A stretch of 57,673 nt of DNA from an uncultured Armatimonadia bacterium (GCA_964484945.1 CAZAHB010000005.1:1-57673), one strand, 5' to 3'; counted from the stretch's first letter, positions 1 through 9,863 are shown. Notes: generated from the letters alone by a model not told the origin. Numbers and translations: made by a program.

Positions 1-1089
1 GGGATCGAGGCCCCAGTCACTGACGGTGCCAGCTTCGTGCGCGATGCGTCGCCTGTATCCGGGGAGGTCCTGGCGATTGGTGAGCACCAGACCTTTCGAG
101 TCGAAGACCATTACCTGCGCGGAGGCCTCCTGGAAGGAGAGCCCCTCAGCCTGCAGTGCCGCGATCACCGACGACGCCACTCCCACGCCCGACGCCCCGG
201 CGCCGAGCACCGCCACGCGCTCACCGATCAATGGCCGCTCAGCGCGCTTCAACGCCCCCAGCAGGCCGGCATGGACGACTGCTGCGGTCCCCTGGATGTC
301 GTCATTGAAGGAGGCAAGCTCGTCGCGGTATCGCTCCAGATTGTCCCAGGCGCGCTCGCGGCTGAAATCCTCCCACTGCAGGACCGCGCCCGGACAGTTC
401 CGCTTGACGCCCTCCACGAAGGCCCTGATGAAGTCCTCATATTCTTTGTCCGGAAGCCTCCGGCGGCGCAGGCCCAGGTAGATCGGGTCCTCCAGCAGGG
501 CCTCGTTGTCCGTCCCGACATCAAGGCTGATGGGGAGGCAGGCCGAGGGGTCGAAACCACCGGCGGCGACATACAGCGCGAGCTTGCCGATGGGGATGCT
601 GATTCCGCCCACGCCCTGATCGCCGATGCCCAGGATCCCCTCGTTGTCGGTACACACGATGATGCCGACCTCGTCCTCCACCCCGCAGTCGAAGATCTCG
701 TCGATGTCATCGATGTTCTCGGGCGTCAGATACAGCCCCCGGGTGGTACGGAAGATGTGGCTGAAGCGCTCCACGGCCTCGCCAACGGTGGGCGTGTAGA
801 CAATCGGTGCAAGCTCTTCGAGGTGTTCGATGAGCGTGGCATGAAACAGCGTCTCGTTCCGATCCTGCAATGAGCGGAGGTAGATGTACTGCTCGAGCGG
901 GTCCGGCTTGGAGCGCAGGTTCTCCACCACGCGCTCGATCTGCTCGGCGAGGGTGCTCACCCCCGGCGGCAGGAGCCCCTCCAGCCCCAGTGCGTGTCGC
1001 TCCTGAGGCGTAAAGGCACTGCCCTTGTTGAGCGTGGGATCGCGGAGCAGGTCGTCGCCGCGTTCAGTTACGCGTCGGACATCAGGCAT
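1..1089 (-). CDS. maeA: NAD-dependent malic enzyme, 3' end runs off the window
   Basis: Manual translation from ATG 1089 (GGGAGG RBS upstream): LLRDPTLNKGSAFT..ERHALGLEGLLPPGV, IVYTPTVGEA, VCTDNEGILGIGDQG, QWEDF, FNDDIQGT, VLGAGASG. These are malic enzyme motifs. Missing from the ORF track because no stop lies in the window. Confidence 0.93.
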   Translation of the reverse strand, partial: MPDVRRVTERGDDLLRDPTLNKGSAFTPQERHALGLEGLLPPGVSTLAEQIERVVENLRSKPDPLEQYIYLRSLQDRNETLFHATLIEHLEELAPIVYTPTVGEAVERFSHIFRTTRGLYLTPENIDDIDEIFDCGVEDEVGIIVCTDNEGILGIGDQGVGGISIPIGKLALYVAAGGFDPSACLPISLDVGTDNEALLEDPIYLGLRRRRLPDKEYEDFIRAFVEGVKRNCPGAVLQWEDFSRERAWDNLERYRDELASFNDDIQGTAAVVHAGLLGALKRAERPLIGERVAVLGAGASGVGVASSVIAALQAEGLSFQEASAQVMVFDSKGLVLTNRQDLPGYRRRIAHEAGTVSDWGLDP

Positions 1090-1121
1090 TTCGCGGGCCT
1101 CCCTCGGCAATCGGTGATTCG

Positions 1122-1151
1122 ATGATACACGAGGAAGCGCGATGACGCCAA
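1122..1151 (-). promoter_or_regulatory. possible sigma70 promoter for the malic enzyme gene
   Basis: Minus strand TTGGCG-18 nt-TATCAT about 30 nt upstream of the start codon. Confidence 0.35.
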
Positions 1152-1202
1152 CACACCCGGGCAACGCGCTACACGATGCCCGCAGTTTTTCCGTCGCAGG
1201 CC

Positions 1203-4200
1203 CTACTCCCCCTCCAGCCACTGGACGACATTGCGGAGCAACTGCTCGCACGCCTCAACCGTCAGTTCCCCTGTCGGGTTCTCGCGCTTGATGACATACC
1301 GATCCGGGGATGGTTGCACCACCAGTACCGACCCGCCCGCCTGCGCCTGGACGATGGATGGATTTCCGTTACTGTCACTCGCCAGCACGGTCCAGTCGTC
1401 ATCGATCGAGGTGATGCTGTCGTATGAGATGCACCCTCCAAGCAGACCCGCCCCATCGGCAAAGAGCGGGTGATCGGGCTTGACGACTTCCCCGAGCATC
1501 GTGGTCTCGTTGGAGAGCGTCAGAGGCAGAGGCAGGAACGCAGGCTCGTGTGTCATGTCCTGAAGCTGAATGAAGGCCACCCGCCCCCCGGCGTCAATGA
1601 AGTCCAGAAGCAGCGGCCAGTTGCTATTGAGGCCCCCAAAATCCTTATAGTGTGCCTCAGATCCAACCAGCAGCGCGTCGTAGTTCGCGAGCACCTGCGG
1701 GGTCAGCTCGGCGACTGTGGGAAGTTCCACGCCCATCTGCACCAGCGCGCCCGCGACCGGGTCGCCCTCGCCGGTCAGCAGGGCGAGCCCCTCGCCGATG
1801 GCCAGGTCCCGCGCGTGGCGGGTTCTCGCTGAAAGCGTACCCTCGGTTTCGCCGGCTGTGTAGCGCAGCTTGATCTCTCCCTGACCGTTACCGGTGAGCT
1901 GAATCGTTGGGCTCAGCGTCACTCCGCCTCCGGCCGTCCACTCGACCTCGCTGCGGTCCGCGGTCAGCCCGTCGGGCAGTGAGGTGATTTCGAGGCCGGC
2001 GGGGATCTCCTGCCGGCTCGGATTGTTCACGCGAAGCGCCAGCAACCCCGGTCCGTCCGCGGGCAGGTAGACCGTATCTGACATCCCCACGGTCGGATCA
2101 GGCGCCGGTGGCGCCGGCATCTCGGTCATCCCCCACCGCTGCATGGCACTGAGCGCGAAGGGCGTCATGCGAAGCTGCATCGCGTAGCCCTTGCCTGAGC
2201 CCGATGGATTGTGGTTGAGGATCATATCGCCCATCGTCCTGACCAGCATCTCGCGGTATATCTCCGCGTCGGTCAACTCATAGGCGTAGGCGAGCCCTTC
2301 GTAGGTTTGCGTACTCGCGCCGCTGGCCCGGTCGTCAAACTGCGGGCACTGGGCGTACTGGAAGCCGTTTTCCTCGGGGACCCACATCCGCCAGCGCAGC
2401 CAGTCCACCGAGCGGGTCAGCGCGTTCTTCACGTCCGGGTCCGGGTCAACCTGGTCGAGCATCTTCAGGCCCGTCATGACCACGCCGGTCATAAACGCCT
2501 TGCCGCCCATGTGCTTGACCTCGTGCTCACACTCGCCGATGGGATGTATGAATGTGCCGGTTCCCGGGTCCTGCCGGGCGATTGCGTTCTGGGTGAAGAG
2601 CCGGGCCGCATTGAGGTACCACGGGTGCGGAATGACGTGATAGCCGCCCAGAGAGGCGATTGTGGACCAGCCCTGGGCGCGATGGACCCACTTGTGCGTG
2701 GCACGCGCCTCCTCACGCGCGAACCAGTCGCACAGCAGCCTGCCGGCCTCCAGGTAGCGGCGGTCGCCGGTCAAACACCAGGTCGTCATAACGCCCTGGG
2801 ACCACATGTGTCCGGTGTTCCAGATGCCCGCGTGGAACCAGTACTTCGCGTCTTCGGGGCGCTCGAGGTCCCAGCCGCCCACGTGGCCGATGCAATGCGC
2901 CTTCTGCAGGCCCAGCACAGACTCATTGGGGGCGACGCTGACTGTATCCACCGACGCGGTGTGGCGCGCCGCCTCCTCCGCGCGGTCGAAGAAGCGCCAG
3001 TCACCGGAGCGGACGAACTGCAGCAATAGGCCCCACTGCAGGTCATACTCCTGGTTGGTCCAGTTGACCCAGCGCTCCCCGTGCGTGTCGCCGAAGTTCA
3101 TCCAGTCATACTCGCGCACACGCTGCCGGCGCTGCTCCAGGCGCTCGAACCCCTCATCAATCCACTCCTGGTAGTGCTCGAAGGCGCCCTCCCGCTCGGG
3201 TTCGAGATCGCCGAAGCCGCCTGACGCGCAGTAGTGCTCGGGCCAGGCCGCCAGGAGCGGCATCTGTTGCCATGCATCGGCGAGATGCTCGTTGATCGCC
3301 TGGTCCTCGCCGAGCGCGTAGAAGAGCATGTCGTAGCTGAGCGACACGCCCATCGGGACCATGTACTGCCCGTCCCGACACCAGTAGTAGTACCGCGTCC
3401 GTTCAAAGGGCGTGAGGCCTTCATCCGCGTACTGGTCGGCGGGCAGGTCGGGGAATATCTCCGCAGTGACCGTGCGGCCCTCGGCGGAGAAAGCCTTCGG
3501 ATACGTCTGCCAGAAATCGCGCAGAGCGACCGTCATCCCGCGACTGTCCGAATGCAGGCTTCCTGTCGGGGTAATGTGCCCGGAGTGCTCCTCGGACTGC
3601 CCGTCTTCGGTAACGATGTAGTGGTTCTCGTAGTCGTGCAGCACGCGCCTGGACGGCGAACTCGCGTCACCGGGAAACTGCACCGGAATGTCGAGCGACT
3701 GTATGTTCGTCATCGTCGGCGGCCGCACCGCTTCCCCCCGGTCGCCGATCAGCGTGAAGACCGTCGGCACACCCGCGAAGCCTCGAATGAAGTACATCCG
3801 GCAGCGCCAGCCCAGTGAGGTTCCTGCATCGCCCGCGAAGTGGCCCTCGGCCAGCACGACCGTGCGGACCGGGCCTTCCTCCTCCACGACCAGGCGCTCG
3901 ACCGGCGCGCCGGCGGTGGAGTAGCGGTTGCCCTTTGCATCCATCAGCACTGCACCATCGGTGGCGGAGATGCACTGCTCATCCGCAGCGAAGGTACCGT
4001 CACCGTCGATGTCGCGCCAGATGTCTCCCGGCGGCGAGAAGCTCTCGCGGGAGATGTCCGCGCGCAGCACGTCGGTGGTCACGCGCAGACCGGAGGATGT
4101 CTCCTCAACCCGAATCGGCTCGGGGACCTCCGGACGCGCCACGCCCTCGCCGTACTCCAGCACGTACTCTCCGCCCTCGTGCATGAGGCTCACGAGAAGC

Positions 4201-6410
4201 CACTTGACCGATCCGTCCGGCCACCATCCAAGCTCCGTGAAGTCCGCCGCGACCGGCTCCCCGCCCTGCAGCACGCGGCAGTGTTCGGCGTCGCGCAGGT
4301 GTCCCTCGGGGATCGGCACACCGCCCCTGACTGGCCACGTCGGGCGATCCTCGAGCGGATCGGTGACCGCAAGCTGAATCCGCGCGCGATCCACGCTGCA
4401 GCGCTCGGGGCGCGGGAATTCGGCCACGAACGTTCGCGTCTGTCCGGTCACCTGGCCCTCACCGGCACCCGCGATCACGCGGTAGCTGTAGGTGGCACCG
4501 CGCTCGAGATCCTCGAGGCGAACACGGTGGTTATATGTGGCGCGCTCCTCGCCGGCCGTCTGGTTAAGCGCATCTCCTCTGCCCCACTCGACTCGCGTCA
4601 GACACGGCATGTTCGTCAGCGCGCAGATATCGACATCGACCGCATCGCCCGACTGGGCCGGCGGGCAAAACGCCGTCACGTTCTTCAGTGACAGGCTCTG
4701 CGGCTCCAGCATTTGCTCGGTGAGCGTCAACTCCGTAATGCGAGCGTCCTGGGCGGGTCCATCAGCGATGAACTCGATCGGCGTACCCTCGTCAAGTGAC
4801 ACCTGCTCGGGCGTCGAGAACACGTGGATCAGGCCATCGTTGTCGGCGGCGACCATCGTCGCCACGGTCTCGCCATCGACGCGAAGCTGAACCTCCTCGC
4901 GGCGCTCTGCAGAGTCCTGCAGCACCACGTTAAGGTGATAGTCGCCCGCAACGGGTGACGTGACCGTCGCGGTTGCGCCCTCCTCATCGGCTACGACCGC
5001 GTGGTCCTCCAGGTGCATGCCCTCAAGGTCGGCTTCCGCGAGGTCGACGTGCAGCGCGTCCATCTCGCGAAGCTGCTCGCGCCAGTACAGCCAGGGGCTC
5101 TCCACCCAGACCCCATCGGAGAGGACCTCCGACAGAGATCCCACGCGCGGCTTGGTGCGCTGGCTTTCACCCGGGCCGCAGACGGTGAACCACTCCGTGT
5201 TGTCATTCCCGCCCCCTTTGACCTTCTGCTGGCTCAACACGTGGGCGCGGTACTCGGTGTTCCCCTCTTCATTGTGATAAAGCTGCAGGTCCATGGAGAA
5301 GTAGATCGAATTGCCGTCAATGACGCCCCGCACATCTCGATCCTTCGCAAGCACATCGGCATTTCTGATGCTCCTGCCGAACGCTCCGGCGTTGCAGGTG
5401 AGCATCATGTCGGTGCCGCGCACGTGGCCATTGTCCTGGCGGCCGGTGGAGCGGTCGTTGTCGCAGTCGAGGTAGAGGATGATCAGCGTGCCGCCCGAAT
5501 CATCGTACTCCTCCGCGAAGTCAATCCTCCATATCCAGCGATTGCCGGCCGCGTTACCGAAGTAGATCTTTCCGATGTCATTGGCGTGCTCGAACGTATC
5601 GTCTTCGTCCCCGCCCGGCTTCGTGCCGTCCTCGCCGATCAGGTGCATGCTGTCGGCGTGCTCCGATGACATGCCCAGGACTTCCTCGACCGCATCCGAG
5701 ATACCGTCACCGTCGGCGTCCGGCTCATCCGTGCTCAACTCGGCAACGGGCGCACGCTCCGGCGGAGGCCCGATGCGCGGCTTCTCCGCATCACGCCGCT
5801 CGGGCAGGACAACCGGATGAAACTCCATCGGGTCGGAATCACTGTTTTGCGGAGGTGAGACGTGAGAGAGCACCCTGAAGCGCGGTTGGCCCGGCCCTTC
5901 GCCGAGCGGGAGGTCGGCGCAGACGTACATGGTATCGCCCACCGCCATCATGCGCAGTGGGCCCTGCGCGAGGCTCTTTGTGTGCTCGGTGAGGTTGAAC
6001 TCGCCATTCGCCTGGACGTACATCAGGTCGGTGCCGCGGGCCCATTCGGCATCCTGCCGGCCCGTCGTGAGGTCGCCGTCCACATCGAGGTAGAGGATGA
6101 ATGTGTTGTTCTCGCCGACGTAATCGTCCGCGAATGTGATCTTCCACAGCCAGCGGTCCTGTGCCACATTCGCGAGGTACACATCGACGAAGTCCGGCGC
6201 TTCCTGATGGTTGTTCGATACACTCTCATCATCGTCGCCGATGACGCCGTCGTGCCATTGCAGGGCGAATTCCTCGGCATGATCCGGGGCGGCACCAAGC
6301 TCCTGCTCGACAGTGTCGGCGATGGTGTCACCGTCGGCATCAGCCTGCTGGGCCAGACAGGGCGTAATGGCCATAGCGAGGATCACAAAGGCGATAGCGA
6401 TGCGCTGCAT
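1203..6410 (-). CDS. large secreted multidomain protein (1735 aa) with exo-rhamnogalacturonan lyase (PcRGLX/YetA-like) core
   Basis: Signal peptide, two ~200-aa N-terminal repeats, an FN3-like segment (TRVEWG..NHRVRLEDLERGATYSYRV), then GVPIPEG..WWPDGSVKWLLV and YDWMNFGD..NQEYD..RAEEAARHTASVD..GHMWSQG motifs typical of this family; GGAGG RBS. Confidence 0.7.
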   Translation of the reverse strand: MQRIAIAFVILAMAITPCLAQQADADGDTIADTVEQELGAAPDHAEEFALQWHDGVIGDDDESVSNNHQEAPDFVDVYLANVAQDRWLWKITFADDYVGENNTFILYLDVDGDLTTGRQDAEWARGTDLMYVQANGEFNLTEHTKSLAQGPLRMMAVGDTMYVCADLPLGEGPGQPRFRVLSHVSPPQNSDSDPMEFHPVVLPERRDAEKPRIGPPPERAPVAELSTDEPDADGDGISDAVEEVLGMSSEHADSMHLIGEDGTKPGGDEDDTFEHANDIGKIYFGNAAGNRWIWRIDFAEEYDDSGGTLIILYLDCDNDRSTGRQDNGHVRGTDMMLTCNAGAFGRSIRNADVLAKDRDVRGVIDGNSIYFSMDLQLYHNEEGNTEYRAHVLSQQKVKGGGNDNTEWFTVCGPGESQRTKPRVGSLSEVLSDGVWVESPWLYWREQLREMDALHVDLAEADLEGMHLEDHAVVADEEGATATVTSPVAGDYHLNVVLQDSAERREEVQLRVDGETVATMVAADNDGLIHVFSTPEQVSLDEGTPIEFIADGPAQDARITELTLTEQMLEPQSLSLKNVTAFCPPAQSGDAVDVDICALTNMPCLTRVEWGRGDALNQTAGEERATYNHRVRLEDLERGATYSYRVIAGAGEGQVTGQTRTFVAEFPRPERCSVDRARIQLAVTDPLEDRPTWPVRGGVPIPEGHLRDAEHCRVLQGGEPVAADFTELGWWPDGSVKWLLVSLMHEGGEYVLEYGEGVARPEVPEPIRVEETSSGLRVTTDVLRADISRESFSPPGDIWRDIDGDGTFAADEQCISATDGAVLMDAKGNRYSTAGAPVERLVVEEEGPVRTVVLAEGHFAGDAGTSLGWRCRMYFIRGFAGVPTVFTLIGDRGEAVRPPTMTNIQSLDIPVQFPGDASSPSRRVLHDYENHYIVTEDGQSEEHSGHITPTGSLHSDSRGMTVALRDFWQTYPKAFSAEGRTVTAEIFPDLPADQYADEGLTPFERTRYYYWCRDGQYMVPMGVSLSYDMLFYALGEDQAINEHLADAWQQMPLLAAWPEHYCASGGFGDLEPEREGAFEHYQEWIDEGFERLEQRRQRVREYDWMNFGDTHGERWVNWTNQEYDLQWGLLLQFVRSGDWRFFDRAEEAARHTASVDTVSVAPNESVLGLQKAHCIGHVGGWDLERPEDAKYWFHAGIWNTGHMWSQGVMTTWCLTGDRRYLEAGRLLCDWFAREEARATHKWVHRAQGWSTIASLGGYHVIPHPWYLNAARLFTQNAIARQDPGTGTFIHPIGECEHEVKHMGGKAFMTGVVMTGLKMLDQVDPDPDVKNALTRSVDWLRWRMWVPEENGFQYAQCPQFDDRASGASTQTYEGLAYAYELTDAEIYREMLVRTMGDMILNHNPSGSGKGYAMQLRMTPFALSAMQRWGMTEMPAPPAPDPTVGMSDTVYLPADGPGLLALRVNNPSRQEIPAGLEITSLPDGLTADRSEVEWTAGGGVTLSPTIQLTGNGQGEIKLRYTAGETEGTLSARTRHARDLAIGEGLALLTGEGDPVAGALVQMGVELPTVAELTPQVLANYDALLVGSEAHYKDFGGLNSNWPLLLDFIDAGGRVAFIQLQDMTHEPAFLPLPLTLSNETTMLGEVVKPDHPLFADGAGLLGGCISYDSITSIDDDWTVLASDSNGNPSIVQAQAGGSVLVVQPSPDRYVIKRENPTGELTVEACEQLLRNVVQWLEGE
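5180..6341 (-). repeat. internal tandem domain duplication (2 copies, offset 207 aa) in the 1735-aa protein
   Basis: Aligned pairs: DADGDTIADTVEQELG/DADGDGISDAVEEVLG; RWLWKITFADDY/RWIWRIDFAEEY; ILYLDVDGDLTTGRQD/ILYLDCDNDRSTGRQD; RGTDLM/RGTDMM. Confidence 0.85.
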
Positions 6411-6538
6411 GGTAGACCTCCATGTAGTCTGGCAGGACGGTCAGGGGCATTGCTCCGGTGTAATAGACGGACGCGGCACGGCGGTCACTTCGCCGAGGAG
6501 CGTCGAAGTTCCTGCATGATTCCCACTACCCGAGGTGT

Positions 6539-6572
6539 TGCGGAGCGGGGCGAGATCCCACCCCGCTCCACA
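6539..6572 (-). terminator. strong GC-rich hairpin after the DUF1559 gene (terminator or mRNA-stabilising stem)
   Basis: TGTGGAGCGGGG...CCCCGCTCCGCA inverted repeat 15 nt after the stop; no U tract. Confidence 0.5.
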
Positions 6573-6586
6573 ATCAGCTTGACTGC

Positions 6587-7270
6587 TTACGGCCACGCAG
6601 GGTCCATGCGGAAGTCCTTCTTTGCGTAGGTCGTGGGCGGGTAGTTCGCGTGAGGTGCGCGTTGTCCACTGACCCACTTGCTGTGACCGTCACAGAAGGC
6701 GTAGTTCGATCCGCCATTATGCTGCGCATAGCGCCAGCGGAAGTTCTTGGAGCCGGAGTCGGCTTCATTGAACCACCTACCGTAGGGCAGCGTGCCCTCC
6801 TGCTCGACGAGGAGGATGACATTCGCCGGTTCGGTGATCCGGGCCAGCTTCACCGGTTGAATGTAGCAGAAGTTGTAGTTCCAGCCGTAGTCAACATCGT
6901 AGTCGATGGGCACGGAGCCGCCGCCCGCGGGCGCTCCACGGATGTAGTCGTATCTGCCGCTGGGGCACCGCAGGATCTGCTCGTTCTTCAGGTAGGGCTC
7001 TATCCGCACGAACCAGAAGGTGTCGCCCGCGGGGTCCAACAGCCGGAGGGGGTCAGAGGTATCGCTCGTGTGATCCTGCATGGGCAGCTTCTCATCGTAA
7101 TCCTGAGCATACATGAGCACACCCAGGGCGATCTGCTTCATGTTGCTGAGGCACGAGGACTGCCGCGCTTTCTCGCGCGCTCTCGCGAATACAGGAAAGA
7201 GAATTGCTGCAAGGATCGCAATGATGGCGATCACGACCAGCAATTCGATCAGGGTGAAACCGCGCTTCAT
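6587..7270 (-). CDS. DUF1559 / prepilin-type N-terminal cleavage-methylation protein with H-X9-DG motif
   Basis: [46 protein letters not shown].. and C-terminal [16 protein letters not shown]; GGAGAGG RBS before ATG 7270. Confidence 0.93.
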   Translation of the reverse strand: MKRGFTLIELLVVIAIIAILAAILFPVFARAREKARQSSCLSNMKQIALGVLMYAQDYDEKLPMQDHTSDTSDPLRLLDPAGDTFWFVRIEPYLKNEQILRCPSGRYDYIRGAPAGGGSVPIDYDVDYGWNYNFCYIQPVKLARITEPANVILLVEQEGTLPYGRWFNEADSGSKNFRWRYAQHNGGSNYAFCDGHSKWVSGQRAPHANYPPTTYAKKDFRMDPAWP

Positions 7271-7311
7271 GATGATCACCTCTCCAAAGTGATGTCGCTA
7301 TTGTCTATTGT

Positions 7312-8055
7312 TTAGAGCAATGGCTCTCCGTCACCTTCCCGGGTGGCACACTTTTTCGCCACAATCATCAGCCACGGCACATGAAGAAAAGGCGACCACG
7401 TGTCTTCGGAGGTGCCGGCGAGTTCGCGGGCTCCGGCGACGCGTTCTCGCTGGCGGGCGGTCAGGGGCAGGTCAGCCAGCAGGTCCAGCGCCTCCGGCTC
7501 GGCTTCGCGCGGGATGTGCGCAAACTCCACCCAGGGCTCCAGTCCCGCCTCTTCGGCCAGTTCAGGAAGTTTCCGGCCCATGAGCGGATCGGCGCCGGCG
7601 CGCTCCAGGGCATCGAGCCAGACCACGCGGAGGCCGAGATCCGGGTGTTCGAGCATGCCCCCATAATCCGGCTCCAGCGCGACCAGCACGCCGCCTGCGC
7701 AGAGAGCCCGCGCCGCCTCGTGGATGGCCCCATGCGGCTGATCGATCCACATGAGCGCGTTCTGGAAGAAGACAAGGTCGAAGCTCCCCCCGGCGAAGGG
7801 CAGATCACGGGCATCGGCGGCGGCAGACACGTGAGACGCAGGGGCGATGTCGATGCTCACGACCTCGCCCCGCGCGCGGCGGCGAAGCTCATCTGTCACA
7901 AAGCCGTGGCCGCACCCGACCTCCAGCACGCGCTCACGGCGACCGATCCCGGCCCTCCGCAGGGCACGCGAACGCGGTCCCTGCAGCCAGTCAGCCAGAA
8001 GCCCTGACAGCTTGCGCGACGGGCGCTCGGGGCTGGCGTGCTCCTCCCCGATCAG
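7312..8055 (-). CDS. class I SAM-dependent methyltransferase (start uncertain, probably CTG at 8055)
   Basis: Motif I VLEVGCGHG, ADARDLPFAGGSFDLVF, GGVLVALEPD; no ATG/GTG/TTG between the upstream stop and motif I. Confidence 0.82.
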   Translation of the reverse strand: MIGEEHASPERPSRKLSGLLADWLQGPRSRALRRAGIGRRERVLEVGCGHGFVTDELRRRARGEVVSIDIAPASHVSAAADARDLPFAGGSFDLVFFQNALMWIDQPHGAIHEAARALCAGGVLVALEPDYGGMLEHPDLGLRVVWLDALERAGADPLMGRKLPELAEEAGLEPWVEFAHIPREAEPEALDLLADLPLTARQRERVAGARELAGTSEDTWSPFLHVPWLMIVAKKCATREGDGEPLL

Positions 8056-9863
8056 CGGCCACCTCCCGCGCAAGCGCACGCACACGCGCAGCCCGCGCAG
8101 GCGCATGCACAGCCGCCGCCTCCGCTGTAGCCGCCGCCACTGCCGCTGGATTCGGCCATCGACTCGAGGAAGTCCATGCCGACCTTGTCCACGCCTGAAA
8201 GGTCCATGACACCGCCATCCGTGATGCCAACCGAGACGGGATCCATCGTTGAGGCCATGTTGCCGGCCACGTTTTCAGACCATCCGGCGAATGATGCGGC
8301 GACATCGCCGGCGGTCGTCCGCCCTCCCACGGCCGGGCCGCTGTCGGACCGTCCGCCGAGGGCCGGGCCTGCCCACCGTGGCGAGTAGTGATAGCCGCCG
8401 GTGTGCCAGGTGTGGAAGTGGCGCCGGCGGTCGGTATCCAGCATCAGCCACCCGATGTTCTGATCGACGAAGTCGTCTCGCTTCTCGACATCGCCGATTG
8501 TGCGGGCTTCCTTCCACGCCTTGTATACGATCGATTCGTAGTACTCCTTCGTACGCTCCAGATCGAACCCCTCCATGCGCTCAACCACGCCGTCAACGAG
8601 CGCCTTTACCTCCTTGCTGAGGTCAAGGTCGGGGATCGGGGTGCCGGGTTTCTCCATAATCGCGTCAAGGAATGGCTGCTCGTATCCGCGAATGACACTG
8701 CCACTCTTCGCGGCGATCTTCCGTCGCTCACCGCGAGTCGTCCGGTACGGTTCCGCCACCTCGACGGTGAGCGGATCGTCGCGCGTCATCGCCACGAGCC
8801 CCTTCTGCAGCATTCCGAAGATGAGCAGTGTGAGCACATCGCCCAGCGCCCGCACAAGCAACACTGCAGCCTCCGGGGCGGTGAGCCCGCGCTTGATCTG
8901 ACCGCCGGGTACCGACTCGATGGGCGGGAGATAGGAGCGCTTGCTGGACTCCAGCAGGCGCTCGCCGAAGATGAACAGCAGGATCAGCACCGGGATGCCG
9001 ACCAACTCGATGGCCGGCCCCACACCATCGGGGAGCGTCCACGTTACAGGGATCGCGATCACGAGCGGGATGAAGAGGCAGGTGCCCGTGCCGGCGGTGA
9101 GGCGAAAGTACCAGATGCTGAATGCGACGAGCATCAGAATGCCGACAATGGTGCGCGCGCCGCTGCTCTCGGTCCACCACTTCCATGCCAGGTCCCAGAC
9201 GGTCTGCTTGATGACCCGATCCATCCAGTCCTTCGGGAAGGAGACGTCAACCATGTGCTCGCCGGTCATGGTGGTGGCGGGAAAGCGCCACATGACGGCC
9301 TTCTTGCTTTCCAGCTCTGCCTTCTGGGTGAACTTCTTCAGACGGTACTTCACCCGCTGAAGATCGACGGAATCGGGCAAATAGACCGCGATCAGCAGGT
9401 CAGTGGTGTCCGTGACAAAGGCCGACCCCCAGTAGGTGGGTGTGATCTGCAGAATCGCCAGCTTCGAATCGGTCGTGTCCTGATAGACCATGTCGGGCAT
9501 GGTGGCCTGGAAACGGAACGTACCGGTCTCACCGGGCTGGACAGCCGGACTAATCGGGACCTCAACGCCCGTGTCGATGTAGGTGGACGGCTTGATACCC
9601 GACAGCGGCGTCCCGTCAACCGACGCGCTCATGTTCGAAATGTCGTAGTCGTCATGCGGCAGGCCCATGTCCACTACATCGATCGGATGGGCGCCCTGGT
9701 TGCAGTGGAACTGGATCGTGTAATCAAGCGTCACGGAGGCGTCCGGGTTCGGCGTTAACTCCAGGACCATCCGCGGCACCGAGAACGAGTAGTCCTGAGC
9801 TGCCGCGGGCATCGCCAGCACGATCAGCACAGCGACCAAAAGTGTCCATCGCGCGATCCTCAC
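8052..9863 (-). CDS. DUF2207/TIGR04222-like integral membrane protein with Gly/Ser linker and Cys-Ala repeat C-terminal tail
   Basis: Signal peptide, ~210-aa extracytoplasmic beta-rich domain, 3-4 hydrophobic helices, GLTAPEAAVLL segment, cytoplasmic domain, end SSGSGGGYSGGGGCACACAGCACACACAGGGR*; GTG start overlaps the upstream stop (GTGA). Confidence 0.8.
   Translation of the reverse strand: MRIARWTLLVAVLIVLAMPAAAQDYSFSVPRMVLELTPNPDASVTLDYTIQFHCNQGAHPIDVVDMGLPHDDYDISNMSASVDGTPLSGIKPSTYIDTGVEVPISPAVQPGETGTFRFQATMPDMVYQDTTDSKLAILQITPTYWGSAFVTDTTDLLIAVYLPDSVDLQRVKYRLKKFTQKAELESKKAVMWRFPATTMTGEHMVDVSFPKDWMDRVIKQTVWDLAWKWWTESSGARTIVGILMLVAFSIWYFRLTAGTGTCLFIPLVIAIPVTWTLPDGVGPAIELVGIPVLILLFIFGERLLESSKRSYLPPIESVPGGQIKRGLTAPEAAVLLVRALGDVLTLLIFGMLQKGLVAMTRDDPLTVEVAEPYRTTRGERRKIAAKSGSVIRGYEQPFLDAIMEKPGTPIPDLDLSKEVKALVDGVVERMEGFDLERTKEYYESIVYKAWKEARTIGDVEKRDDFVDQNIGWLMLDTDRRRHFHTWHTGGYHYSPRWAGPALGGRSDSGPAVGGRTTAGDVAASFAGWSENVAGNMASTMDPVSVGITDGGVMDLSGVDKVGMDFLESMAESSGSGGGYSGGGGCACACAGCACACACAGGGR

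Noticed and set aside
37-873. Plus-strand 278-aa ORF and other ORFs over the first kilobase
   Set aside because: Antisense shadows of the malic enzyme gene on the minus strand
6587-7270. Type IV pilin or T2SS pseudopilin operon
   Set aside because: Single gene with the DUF1559/H-X9-DG architecture and no pil/gsp machinery adjacent
8061-8110. CACACA as a DNA microsatellite or phase-variation tract
   Set aside because: The repeat is in the protein (Cys-Ala); the DNA uses varied synonymous codons
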